Notes under the pieces: model-generated | What the model was told of the DNA's origin: nothing | Seen by the model: the letters and a program-made list of their open reading frames with translations, nothing else | Database searches by the model: none | Assembly (NCBI GenBank): GCA_034420175.1 | Contig: DAOULP010000083.1 | Span: forward strand, 191-64,190 | From: Dehalococcoidia bacterium | GTDB taxonomy: Bacteria; Chloroflexota; Dehalococcoidia; DSTF01; JALHUB01 | Reading direction: 5' to 3' | DNA length: 64,000 nt | Shown: one piece after another, positions 56,807 through 64,000 of the stretch | Layout of the letters: every line of letters begins with the position of its first letter | Numbering within the stretch: the stretch's first letter is position 1 | Made by a program: the position numbers and the translations under genes

Positions 56807-57856
56807 ATGAGACCGTACGTCGAAACCCTGTTCAGACACCCCCTCTTGCTGGTGGTGCCGGGCATTCTGATACCCGTCCTTGTGGCCATCGGTGCCTTCC
56901 TCACGACGCGCAACTACGAGGTGTCAGCAGCCCTCTGGGCCCATGGGTCCTCTGTTGTCGTCGAGGATCGTGACACGTCGTACCGCGCGCCCGCGGCCAC
57001 GGAGGCGCAGACCTTCAGGGAGCGGCTGGATACAGAGGCGTTCCGAGACCAGATCATCACGGCTGCCGGCCTGGACAGCCAGGTAGCGGACATGGAGTGG
57101 CCGCCCTCCTCGGACCTTGGCCGGCTCCTCTCGAAGACGCCGCTGACCAAGCCCATCGCGACGGTGCTTGGTCTCGCGCCTCCAGCCAGCGCGGAGGATG
57201 CTCACAGCCGCGCTCTAGCAGAGATCAATAAGGGGATAACCGTGGAGGCCCAGGGTGACAACCTGGTTCGGATCACATACGGGGGGAATGATCCGGAGAT
57301 CGGCGTCGCTGTCGTCGAGGCGGCAATCAAGGTCTACCAAGAGGAACAGGTCCAGAGCTCCAGTTCCCAGGCTCAGGCCATTCTCCAGTTTTACCAGGAC
57401 CAGGTGTCTGACCGGAAGGTGGAGCTGGACGAGGCCACTGCCGCTCTCAGCAGCTTTGAGGCTCTTCACCCGGAAGTGGAGGGCGTGCCGCGACCAGTGT
57501 CCGAGGCAGAGCAACTGGCCCAGCTTCAAGCCGACCGCGAAGTCCGCCTGAGCCAGTACGAGGCGGCTCTACAGCGGTTGAATGAGGCGGAACTCCGTGC
57601 TGATACGGATATCACCGGCCAGCAATATGATCTCGTCGTGGTGGATGCCCCGACTGCGCCGGATGGACCGACACTGGACGTGAGCCGGGCGCTGACGCTC
57701 GTCTTCATGGGCATTGTCTTCGGGGTTGGGGTTGGGGGTGTCTTGCTCCTCGTTCGCACCTGGTCAGACCAGACGTTGCGCCGGGCCGAGGATGTCGAGC
57801 TAAGGCTGCGAGTGCCGGTGCTCGCCAGCCTGCCCCACGTGGGGAAAGGCAACTGA
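56807..57856 (+). CDS. Polysaccharide chain-length determinant (Wzz/CapA-like) membrane protein
   Basis: GGGAGG RBS then ATG 56807; the ORF opens at 56753 with GTG. N-terminal TM. Long coiled periplasmic region. C-terminal TM (LTLVFMGIVFGVGVGGVLLLV). Confidence 0.75.
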   Translation: MRPYVETLFRHPLLLVVPGILIPVLVAIGAFLTTRNYEVSAALWAHGSSVVVEDRDTSYRAPAATEAQTFRERLDTEAFRDQIITAAGLDSQVADMEWPPSSDLGRLLSKTPLTKPIATVLGLAPPASAEDAHSRALAEINKGITVEAQGDNLVRITYGGNDPEIGVAVVEAAIKVYQEEQVQSSSSQAQAILQFYQDQVSDRKVELDEATAALSSFEALHPEVEGVPRPVSEAEQLAQLQADREVRLSQYEAALQRLNEAELRADTDITGQQYDLVVVDAPTAPDGPTLDVSRALTLVFMGIVFGVGVGGVLLLVRTWSDQTLRRAEDVELRLRVPVLASLPHVGKGN

Positions 57857-57858
57857 CG

Positions 57859-58632
57859 ATGCAAGAAGCGAAGAGACCAGCAAGCGTCAAAGAGAGAGCC
57901 GTGTGGCATGGAGCCCGCAACGGCCACGGCCGCTTGTCCGCCGTGGTCGGGGCGGTGCGGGCCGCCGGACGAGGATGGAGCAACCGCGAAATGGAGTTGG
58001 CGCCGGCGGAGGATGTATTGCGGTCCGCCTCAACCCTGGAGGCGCTTCGTGGCGTCTACGATCGCATTCTGGCCTCCACGCCAACCGAGCGTGGCCTGTT
58101 CTCGGTGACCAGCGCTGTCGGTGGTGAGGGCAAGACGGTAGTCTCCGTGGCCCTCGCGCAACTGATGGCAGACGATCTCGAGAAGTCTGTCGTCATCGTA
58201 GACGGCAACTTCCGTGCTCCATCTGTCCATGAGATCCTGGGTGTGCCACTTGTGCCGGGCTTGGCTGAGTGCATTCGGGGGGAGTGTGGGCTTGAGGCCA
58301 TAACCCAGGTGGGGCGTCTTTGGGTGCTGCCGGCTGGCGAGGAGGCGAATCCCTCACGCCTGGCGCGGTCGGCGGCGGCAAGTGCGCTGATGGAGCAAGT
58401 GCGTGGAGCCCTGGACATAGTCATCCTGGATCTGCCCTCCCTGTCGTCGGCCAGCGAAGCCCGTGTCATGGCGAGCTGGGCCGATGCGCTTGTCATGGTG
58501 GTTCGTGCTGATTCCACGCCGGCACCGGCGGTCCTCAGCGCCATGGAAAGCATCGACCAAGAGAAGCTCTTGGGTGTCGTGCTGAACCACCAGACATCCT
58601 CCATTCCGGGCTGGATCGAGAAGCTTCTCTAG
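57859..58632 (+). CDS. CapB/CpsD-like tyrosine-kinase ATPase domain protein (partner of the upstream Wzz-like protein)
   Basis: Walker A FSVTSAVGGEGKTVVSVALA. Walker A' VVIVDGNFRAPS. Walker B IVILDLPS. No Tyr-cluster tail. Confidence 0.75.
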   Translation: MQEAKRPASVKERAVWHGARNGHGRLSAVVGAVRAAGRGWSNREMELAPAEDVLRSASTLEALRGVYDRILASTPTERGLFSVTSAVGGEGKTVVSVALAQLMADDLEKSVVIVDGNFRAPSVHEILGVPLVPGLAECIRGECGLEAITQVGRLWVLPAGEEANPSRLARSAAASALMEQVRGALDIVILDLPSLSSASEARVMASWADALVMVVRADSTPAPAVLSAMESIDQEKLLGVVLNHQTSSIPGWIEKLL

Positions 58633-58801
58633 AAGGGGCACTGCCTGATGCAGGGGTTGACCCTTGTCGTAGCCCTCATCCTCCTCTTCCTCCTGCTGGG
58701 TCTCAACATCCGTGAGGAGACGGGTCCCGTGCGGCTGCTTATGCTCGGGGCCATCGTCGTCATGAGTGGCTGGTACCTTCTGTTCTGACACCTGCTGGCC
58801 A

Positions 58802-60337
58802 ATGAAGCAACTCGCGACCATTGTCGACAACATTGTCGCACTAATGCTGCGTCAGGCTCTGACCTGGTCACTGACCGCGGTTCTGATAGTCTTCTTCCTG
58901 CCCAGATACCTGGGTGACGAGGGCCTCGGCAAGATCACGTTCGCCATCTCTGTGACCATGATCCTGCAGGTCCTCACGAACATGGGCACCGCCATCTTCA
59001 CGGTCAAGGAGGTGGCCCTCGACCGCTCCCGGGTGTCGGAGCTCCTGTGGAACGCCTACGGGATCCGTTTGGCGAGCGGTATCGCCCTTGCGTCCATTCT
59101 GGTGTTCGTCGTACGGAACCTGGCGCTTGAGTCGGACGCAAAGGCCGTCCTCTACATTGCCAGCGCCACGATGATCATCATGGGTCTGGACAAGGCCCAG
59201 ATCGCCGTCATCCAGGGGCTCGAGAAGATGCGCTGGATTGGCGCCGCGGAGGTGGCGAACAAGGCCACTGTCATGGCGCTGGGGATCGCCGTTCTGGTGA
59301 CGGGACACGGCGTGGTCGCCTATGCCCTGGTCTTGCTCGTCGGCGCCACGATGGGCCTGCTGGTGAACGGGTCCTACGTGGCGCGGCGGCACCTGCGCTG
59401 GCCCCAGCTCCGCCTTGGCACGATCAGGTGGCTGCTGATCGGCGGTCTACCCTTCTTCGCCACTGGCGCGTTGGGGCAGGTCTACCTGTGGATGGATATC
59501 GTCATCCTCCGAATCATGACGCGGGACGCGGTGGTCGGCTGGCTGGGGGCCGCCACCCAGCTCTACGCCACCGTCAACTTCTTTCCCCTGGTCATCATCA
59601 CGGCAATGCTGCCCGCGCTTACCCGCTTCCATGCTCAGGATAGCGAGGTCATGCGAGTCGCCGTGCGAAAGAGCATCCAGGCAGTGCTGATTGTGGGAAT
59701 ACCACTGGCGCTTGCCCTCATGCTTCTGTCGGGAGATGTCATCCGATTCCTGCGCTATCCAGTTGAGTTCGACCACTCCATTCCACTTCTGGCAGTGTTG
59801 TCCATCAACATGCCCGTGACCGGCATGCTGATGCTTGTCGGGACCGTTGTTGCCGCGGCGAATCTCCAGAAGCGCTGGGCCATCGTGATGTTGCTGACTA
59901 CGGTCGTGGCCCTGGCGCTCGACCCAGCCTTCATCTGGGCCTTCGACCGATGGTACGGCAATGGGGCCATAGGTGCCGTGGTGGTCTCGGTGATCTGCGA
60001 GACCTTCATGATAAGCATCGGGTTCCGTCTTCTGCCGGCGGGGCTCGTGGACCGGAGCGTCCTGGGGATGCTGCTCCGCATTTCTGCTGCCTCTGTGGTG
60101 ATGGCGGGCGCCATGGGCGCCGCGAAGGTCCTGGTGGACCCCGGCCTCATACCGCTGGTGCTCATCGGTGGTCCTGTCTACTGCGTCGCGCTGCTGGCGG
60201 CCGGCGGCGTGACGGTTGACGAAGTACGGCTTGTGGCATCCAGTGTCTTTCGGCGGGGCAGCGTTGGCGAGGCGCCCCTCGCTGGCGGCGGAGCCGCCGG
60301 ATACGCCACAGCGCATGTCGGGGGAGAGGGCGTGTAG
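58802..60337 (+). CDS. Polysaccharide biosynthesis flippase (Wzx / MOP superfamily)
   Basis: Start MKQLATIV; the ORF opens at 58766. About 12-14 TM helices. Typical Wzx N-terminal segment (KITFAISVTMILQVLTNMGTAIFTVKEVA). Confidence 0.8.
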   Translation: MKQLATIVDNIVALMLRQALTWSLTAVLIVFFLPRYLGDEGLGKITFAISVTMILQVLTNMGTAIFTVKEVALDRSRVSELLWNAYGIRLASGIALASILVFVVRNLALESDAKAVLYIASATMIIMGLDKAQIAVIQGLEKMRWIGAAEVANKATVMALGIAVLVTGHGVVAYALVLLVGATMGLLVNGSYVARRHLRWPQLRLGTIRWLLIGGLPFFATGALGQVYLWMDIVILRIMTRDAVVGWLGAATQLYATVNFFPLVIITAMLPALTRFHAQDSEVMRVAVRKSIQAVLIVGIPLALALMLLSGDVIRFLRYPVEFDHSIPLLAVLSINMPVTGMLMLVGTVVAAANLQKRWAIVMLLTTVVALALDPAFIWAFDRWYGNGAIGAVVVSVICETFMISIGFRLLPAGLVDRSVLGMLLRISAASVVMAGAMGAAKVLVDPGLIPLVLIGGPVYCVALLAAGGVTVDEVRLVASSVFRRGSVGEAPLAGGGAAGYATAHVGGEGV

Positions 60338-60340
60338 GGG

Positions 60341-61381
60341 GTGGAGACGATGACATCGAAGACACTGCGGCGAAAACGAGGCGTGGCCGAGCATACTGCC
60401 ACGCCGGATGTCAGCATTGTCATACCGACTCACAACCGTTGCTCGTTGCTTGAGAAGGCTCTGTGCCGTCTCGCGGCCCAGACAGTGGATATGTCCCGGG
60501 CAGAGGTCGTCGTGGTCCTTGATGGCTGCACCGATGGCACCCAGGACATGTTACCCGCGCGAGACTGGCCCTTTGGTCTCCGGGTGATCGTGCAGGAGCA
60601 GAAAGGCCCGGGCGCGTCCCGGAATGCCGGAGCAAGAGCCGCCCGCTCGCTGGTGCTCGTCTTCATCGATGACGACATCATGGCGGAACCAGACCTTGTG
60701 GAGGGTCACCTCCGTGCCCATCAGGACACGGAGACGGCGGTGGCCGTTGGCCGCCTGGCGCCCGATCCCTCGCCCAAGGTGCCCGGCTGGTGGCGCTGGT
60801 TGGAGTGGCAGCTCGGCAAGCAGTACGCGGCGATTCAGACGGGCGAGCGTCCGACGGATGGTCGATCCCTCTACAGTGGCAACTTCTCGGTCAAACGCGA
60901 GGCATTCATGCGGGTCGGGGGGTTCGATGAAGGCCTGCGCCATTCGGAAGACATCGAGCTGGGCCTGCGGCTGGAACAAGATGGCGCCACTTTTCGTCTG
61001 CTGGGGGACGCCTGTGGGGAGCACTGGGGCTACACGACCTATGAGTCATGGCTTGAGATGGCCGCCAGGTACGGTCGCTGGGACGGCGCACTGGCGGTCA
61101 ATCCTCAGTATCCCTTCGCCTGGGATCGGCTCTTCGACGCCTATCGGCAGCGGAGTCCTCTGCTTCGGCGCTGCGCGAAGGTAGTCTTGGACCACCCGAC
61201 ACGATTCGGAGTGCTCGTGCGTCTGTTACGAGCGATCAGCCTGGTCGCCCATGCTCTGCACGTTCGTGTCCTGGAGCGGATCCTCTATGCCGGCATCTAC
61301 GATCTCACCTACTGGCAGGGGGTCTGCGATGAGTGGGGTGGGGCAAGGGTTCTGTGGAGGACGTTGCGGAGGCAAGGATGA
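60341..61381 (+). CDS. Glycosyltransferase family 2
   Basis: VSIVIPTHNR...VVVVLDGCTDGT...VFIDDDIMAEPDLVEGH...SGNFSVKREAF shows DxD and GT-A motifs. Confidence 0.85.
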   Translation: METMTSKTLRRKRGVAEHTATPDVSIVIPTHNRCSLLEKALCRLAAQTVDMSRAEVVVVLDGCTDGTQDMLPARDWPFGLRVIVQEQKGPGASRNAGARAARSLVLVFIDDDIMAEPDLVEGHLRAHQDTETAVAVGRLAPDPSPKVPGWWRWLEWQLGKQYAAIQTGERPTDGRSLYSGNFSVKREAFMRVGGFDEGLRHSEDIELGLRLEQDGATFRLLGDACGEHWGYTTYESWLEMAARYGRWDGALAVNPQYPFAWDRLFDAYRQRSPLLRRCAKVVLDHPTRFGVLVRLLRAISLVAHALHVRVLERILYAGIYDLTYWQGVCDEWGGARVLWRTLRRQG

Positions 61382-62259
61382 CCCTTCGGGGTGAACTGGC
61401 CGGTCCGATGGCTGACGAGAGGCTCGCACTTCCTCGAACGCGCGACCTGTACTGGTTCAGCATGCGCTTGGGTCTGGGATCACTCGGCCGGGGGCCGAGA
61501 AGGGCTGCGCTCGCCCGTGTACTGAACCCTCTGGCCTATCCGAGGGGGATGGAATTCGCCCTGACGCTTCGCGGGCTCAGTCTGCCCCAGGCGGGCCGTG
61601 TACTTGACATAGCGAGCCCCAAGCTACTCTTCCTCTGGCTGGCCTCTCACACCTCCACGATCATTCACACTACCGACATCACGACGGACTTCGTGGCTCC
61701 CGTGGAGCACTTCGTTGGCCGCCTCGGGCTGAGTGGCGATCTGCAGAACCGACTGTACCTGGAGCAGCAGGACGCCCGTGCTCTTACGTATGAGGACGCT
61801 TCCTTTGACGCCGTCTACTCCATATCGGTCGTGGAGCACATTCCGGGCCATGGCGACAGCGCTGCTCTGCGGGAGATGGGCCGGGTCCTTCGACCCGGCG
61901 GTCGCGCCTGTCTGACGGTGCCGTTCCATCACCGCGACTACGGGGAGACGTGGGTAGCCGGCGACGTCTTCGAGCGCCGACGGAGCCGGAACGGCGAACG
62001 GCTCTTCTACGAGCGCCGCTACAACCCTGACGAACTGCGGCGACGGCTCGTGGAGCCTTCGGGCCTGCGCCTGGAGAGCTTCACCTGCTTCGGCGAGCCC
62101 TACGTGCCGTTCGACCGCTTATGGAGGAGGCTCCCCTTGCTCGCTCACCTGCCCCTCGGCTGGGCCCAGCCTCTCTTCGAGGCCGCTCTGCTGCGACCTC
62201 TGGAGCAGGGGCGGGTTGACAGAGCTATCGGCGTCGCTCTGACGCTTGTCAAGGACTAG
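61378..62259 (+). CDS. Class I SAM-dependent methyltransferase (Methyltransf_11-like)
   Basis: ATG overlaps the GT2 stop (ATGA). VLDIASPK...YEDASFDAVYSISVVEHIPGHGD...RVLRPGGRACLTV. Confidence 0.7.
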   Translation: MTLRGELAGPMADERLALPRTRDLYWFSMRLGLGSLGRGPRRAALARVLNPLAYPRGMEFALTLRGLSLPQAGRVLDIASPKLLFLWLASHTSTIIHTTDITTDFVAPVEHFVGRLGLSGDLQNRLYLEQQDARALTYEDASFDAVYSISVVEHIPGHGDSAALREMGRVLRPGGRACLTVPFHHRDYGETWVAGDVFERRRSRNGERLFYERRYNPDELRRRLVEPSGLRLESFTCFGEPYVPFDRLWRRLPLLAHLPLGWAQPLFEAALLRPLEQGRVDRAIGVALTLVKD

Positions 62260-62268
62260 GAGGATCGG

Positions 62269-63870
62269 TTGGCGTTGGAGTCTTCTCCCCCGCTCACAGC
62301 CGTAGCGGCTCCGCCCCCGGCCGCTCGCTATGCTGCTGCTGGCAGGAGCGTAGACATCGTTCTCTTGGCGATCGGTGCGCTGCTCGGGGCAGCGCTTGCC
62401 TGGCTGCTCCTCATCTATGGGGAAGTGGGTGGCAACCTCTTCGCGCCCGTTCTGGCGCTGGCGCTCATCATCGTCGGGCCGATCGTCTGGCGGCGGCCCG
62501 TCTACGGGCTCTACATCCTGATGGGCGCTGCCGTGGCTATCGAAGAGAACCCACTTGGCTTCGGCAGTGCGTTGACTGATCAGTTGCCCTTCTTCCGTGA
62601 CATCAATGGCATCATCACCATTCGCGGCATCTGGCTGAACTCAGCGGAAGTCGTCATGGTGATTATCGCCCTGGCCTGGATCACCCGCAACGGGGCGGCA
62701 TCTGCCAGGCCACGACTGGAGCCGGGGCCTATCTTCCTGCCTTTCACCGCCTTCATGGCCATCCTTGCGTTCGGCGTGATGCACGGAGTGCTTGCTGGTG
62801 GCGACCTGAAGATCTCCCTCTGGACGGTGAGGCCGCTCGCCTACTTCTTCCTGACCTATGTCCTCACTGTGCACATCGTGCGAAACCGTGGGGAGGTCAA
62901 CGTCTTGATGTCGATATTCGTCGCTGGGGTGATCCTGAAGGGGGTGGTTGGCTGGTGGCGGTACTACGCCGACCTGGACATGGACCTCTCCCGGCTTGAC
63001 GCGATTGCCGGCGTCAACTCGCTGATGGCCCACGAGGAGTCCTTCTTCTTCCTAGCGGTGATCCTCCTCGCTGTGGTGCAACTTCTCTACGGCTCCCCCG
63101 GCAAACAGCGGGTCCTGGCCCTATCCGCGATGGGCGTTGTCCTTCTCCCGCTCCTGGCGAATCAGCGACGGGCGAGTTCGCTGGCCCTGCTCGTCGGGCT
63201 GCTGGCGCTGTTCTTGATTACCTACGGCCTGTTGCGCGAGAGACGAAGGCTCCTTCTCGGGCTTCTGGTCGTCGGCGCTGTGGCCATGCCCATTTACGGT
63301 GCCGTCTTCTGGAACAGCACGAGCCTGATTGCCGAGCCGGTGCAGGCGATCAAGTCCGGATTCGAGCCGGACGAGCGCGACGATGCCTCCAACGCGTATC
63401 GTGAGGCGGAGAACGTGAACCTGGAGTTCACGGTGCGGGAGAGCCCCATCGTCGGCATTGGCTTTGGCAAGGAGATGGTGATGCACTGGCCGCTCCCGGA
63501 CATCGGGGAGTTCTTCGCCTGGTACACAATAGTGCCTCACAACACCATCCTCTGGGTGATGATGACGACGGGCATCGTGGGCTTCATCGCCTTCTGGTAC
63601 TGGATCGGGGTCACGTTCGTCCAAGGGTGCCTGGCAGCTCGACGGCTGGTCGAGAGGCAGAATCTGGGTCTCGCTGTCTACGGCATAACGATGCTGGCGG
63701 CCATGCTGGTGGTTGCCCTGTATGATCAGGGCCTGCTGAGCATGCGGATCACGATCTTCATGGGTATTCTCGTGGGACTCACCATGATCAGCCCCCGTCT
63801 CGAGCGCAGGCAACAGGACGAGCAGGGTGAGCCCACGGAGGACCGGGAGGAAGCAGCAACCCGTGTTTGA
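62269..63870 (+). CDS. O-antigen ligase / polymerase-like (Wzy/WaaL family) membrane protein
   Basis: About 11 TM helices with a large loop. O-antigen-ligase-like region (VVLLPLLANQRRASSLALLVGLLAL...). Acidic C-terminal tail. Confidence 0.7.
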   Translation: MALESSPPLTAVAAPPPAARYAAAGRSVDIVLLAIGALLGAALAWLLLIYGEVGGNLFAPVLALALIIVGPIVWRRPVYGLYILMGAAVAIEENPLGFGSALTDQLPFFRDINGIITIRGIWLNSAEVVMVIIALAWITRNGAASARPRLEPGPIFLPFTAFMAILAFGVMHGVLAGGDLKISLWTVRPLAYFFLTYVLTVHIVRNRGEVNVLMSIFVAGVILKGVVGWWRYYADLDMDLSRLDAIAGVNSLMAHEESFFFLAVILLAVVQLLYGSPGKQRVLALSAMGVVLLPLLANQRRASSLALLVGLLALFLITYGLLRERRRLLLGLLVVGAVAMPIYGAVFWNSTSLIAEPVQAIKSGFEPDERDDASNAYREAENVNLEFTVRESPIVGIGFGKEMVMHWPLPDIGEFFAWYTIVPHNTILWVMMTTGIVGFIAFWYWIGVTFVQGCLAARRLVERQNLGLAVYGITMLAAMLVVALYDQGLLSMRITIFMGILVGLTMISPRLERRQQDEQGEPTEDREEAATRV

Positions 63871-64000
63871 GGGAACGGGCGACGCCCAGAGGTACACCCC
63901 GCAGCGGCCGCGTCTGGGCCTTCGGCTCCTAAGGCGCAAAGTGGCGGAGGCGTTGCGCGCGTTCCACTTCAAGCTGTGGTTTGTGGACCTGTTGTTGGGG
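63864..64000 (+). CDS. 5' end of a further gene (unknown product), truncated by the window end
   Basis: GTG at 63864 overlaps the upstream stop. Open frame to the window end (VFEGTGDAQRYTPQRPRLGLRLLRRKVAEALRAFHFKLWFVDLLLG). Confidence 0.3.

Noticed and set aside
1-64000. CRISPR arrays, rRNA genes, IS elements
   Set aside because: No regularly spaced 25-40-bp repeats and no rRNA-like conserved segments. No DDE or serine-transposase signatures were seen. The repeated DNA found is confined to the tRNA fragments and the intragenic PAS-linker repeats.

Overview
This is a high-GC (about 65-70%) bacterial chromosomal window. The gene content (many PAS/GGDEF sensors, a Tat lipoprotein, an EPS cluster) fits a Chloroflexi- or Actinobacteria-like genome, but taxonomy cannot be established from the sequence alone. 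I can support about 55 protein-coding genes, one tRNA-Met(CAU) and several small repeats. There are no rRNA genes, no CRISPR array and no recognisable transposase or integrase.

Layout:
- 1-18.3 kb: mostly housekeeping and metabolic genes. These are a GT39/ArnT-like membrane glycosyltransferase (runs off the window start), a GDPD phosphodiesterase, an orphan NarG-like molybdopterin oxidoreductase, a Tat-secreted TIM-barrel/SH3b protein, a DUF362 Tat-lipoprotein, an MFS transporter, a triheme cytochrome c lipoprotein, pcm, DUF72, a HAD hydrolase, uvrC and an AAA+ ATPase.
- 18.4-20.6 kb: a tRNA-Met gene followed by two partial direct-repeat copies of its 3' portion. These delimit two small cassettes: two TasA/camelysin-like secreted proteins, and a GIY-YIG nuclease.
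- 25.6-27.7 kb: a lower-GC patch with a divergent pair, a PD-(D/E)xK-like protein and an AlbA_2/Schlafen-domain protein. This is a candidate defense module.
- 28-48.5 kb: a dense signal-transduction island. It holds GGDEF/EAL and GGDEF/GAF/HD-GYP sensors, two paralogous degenerate-GGDEF membrane proteins, a 1840-aa histidine kinase with 12 PAS domains, a hybrid kinase, OmpR/NarL/CheY-type regulators, a type IV pilin-like gene and a sigma-70-family factor.
- 48.7-64 kb: an exopolysaccharide (EPS) biosynthesis cluster. It encodes a Wzc-like tyrosine kinase, an embedded HK/RR pair, ArsR, two VOC proteins, a WecB/TagA transferase, a polyprenyl-phosphate sugar transferase, Wzz-like and CapB-like proteins, a Wzx flippase, a GT2, a SAM-methyltransferase and a Wzy/O-antigen-ligase-like protein.

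Gene starts were refined by hand from ribosome-binding sites and signal peptides, so they are approximate. All functional calls come from motif recognition by eye, not from database searches.
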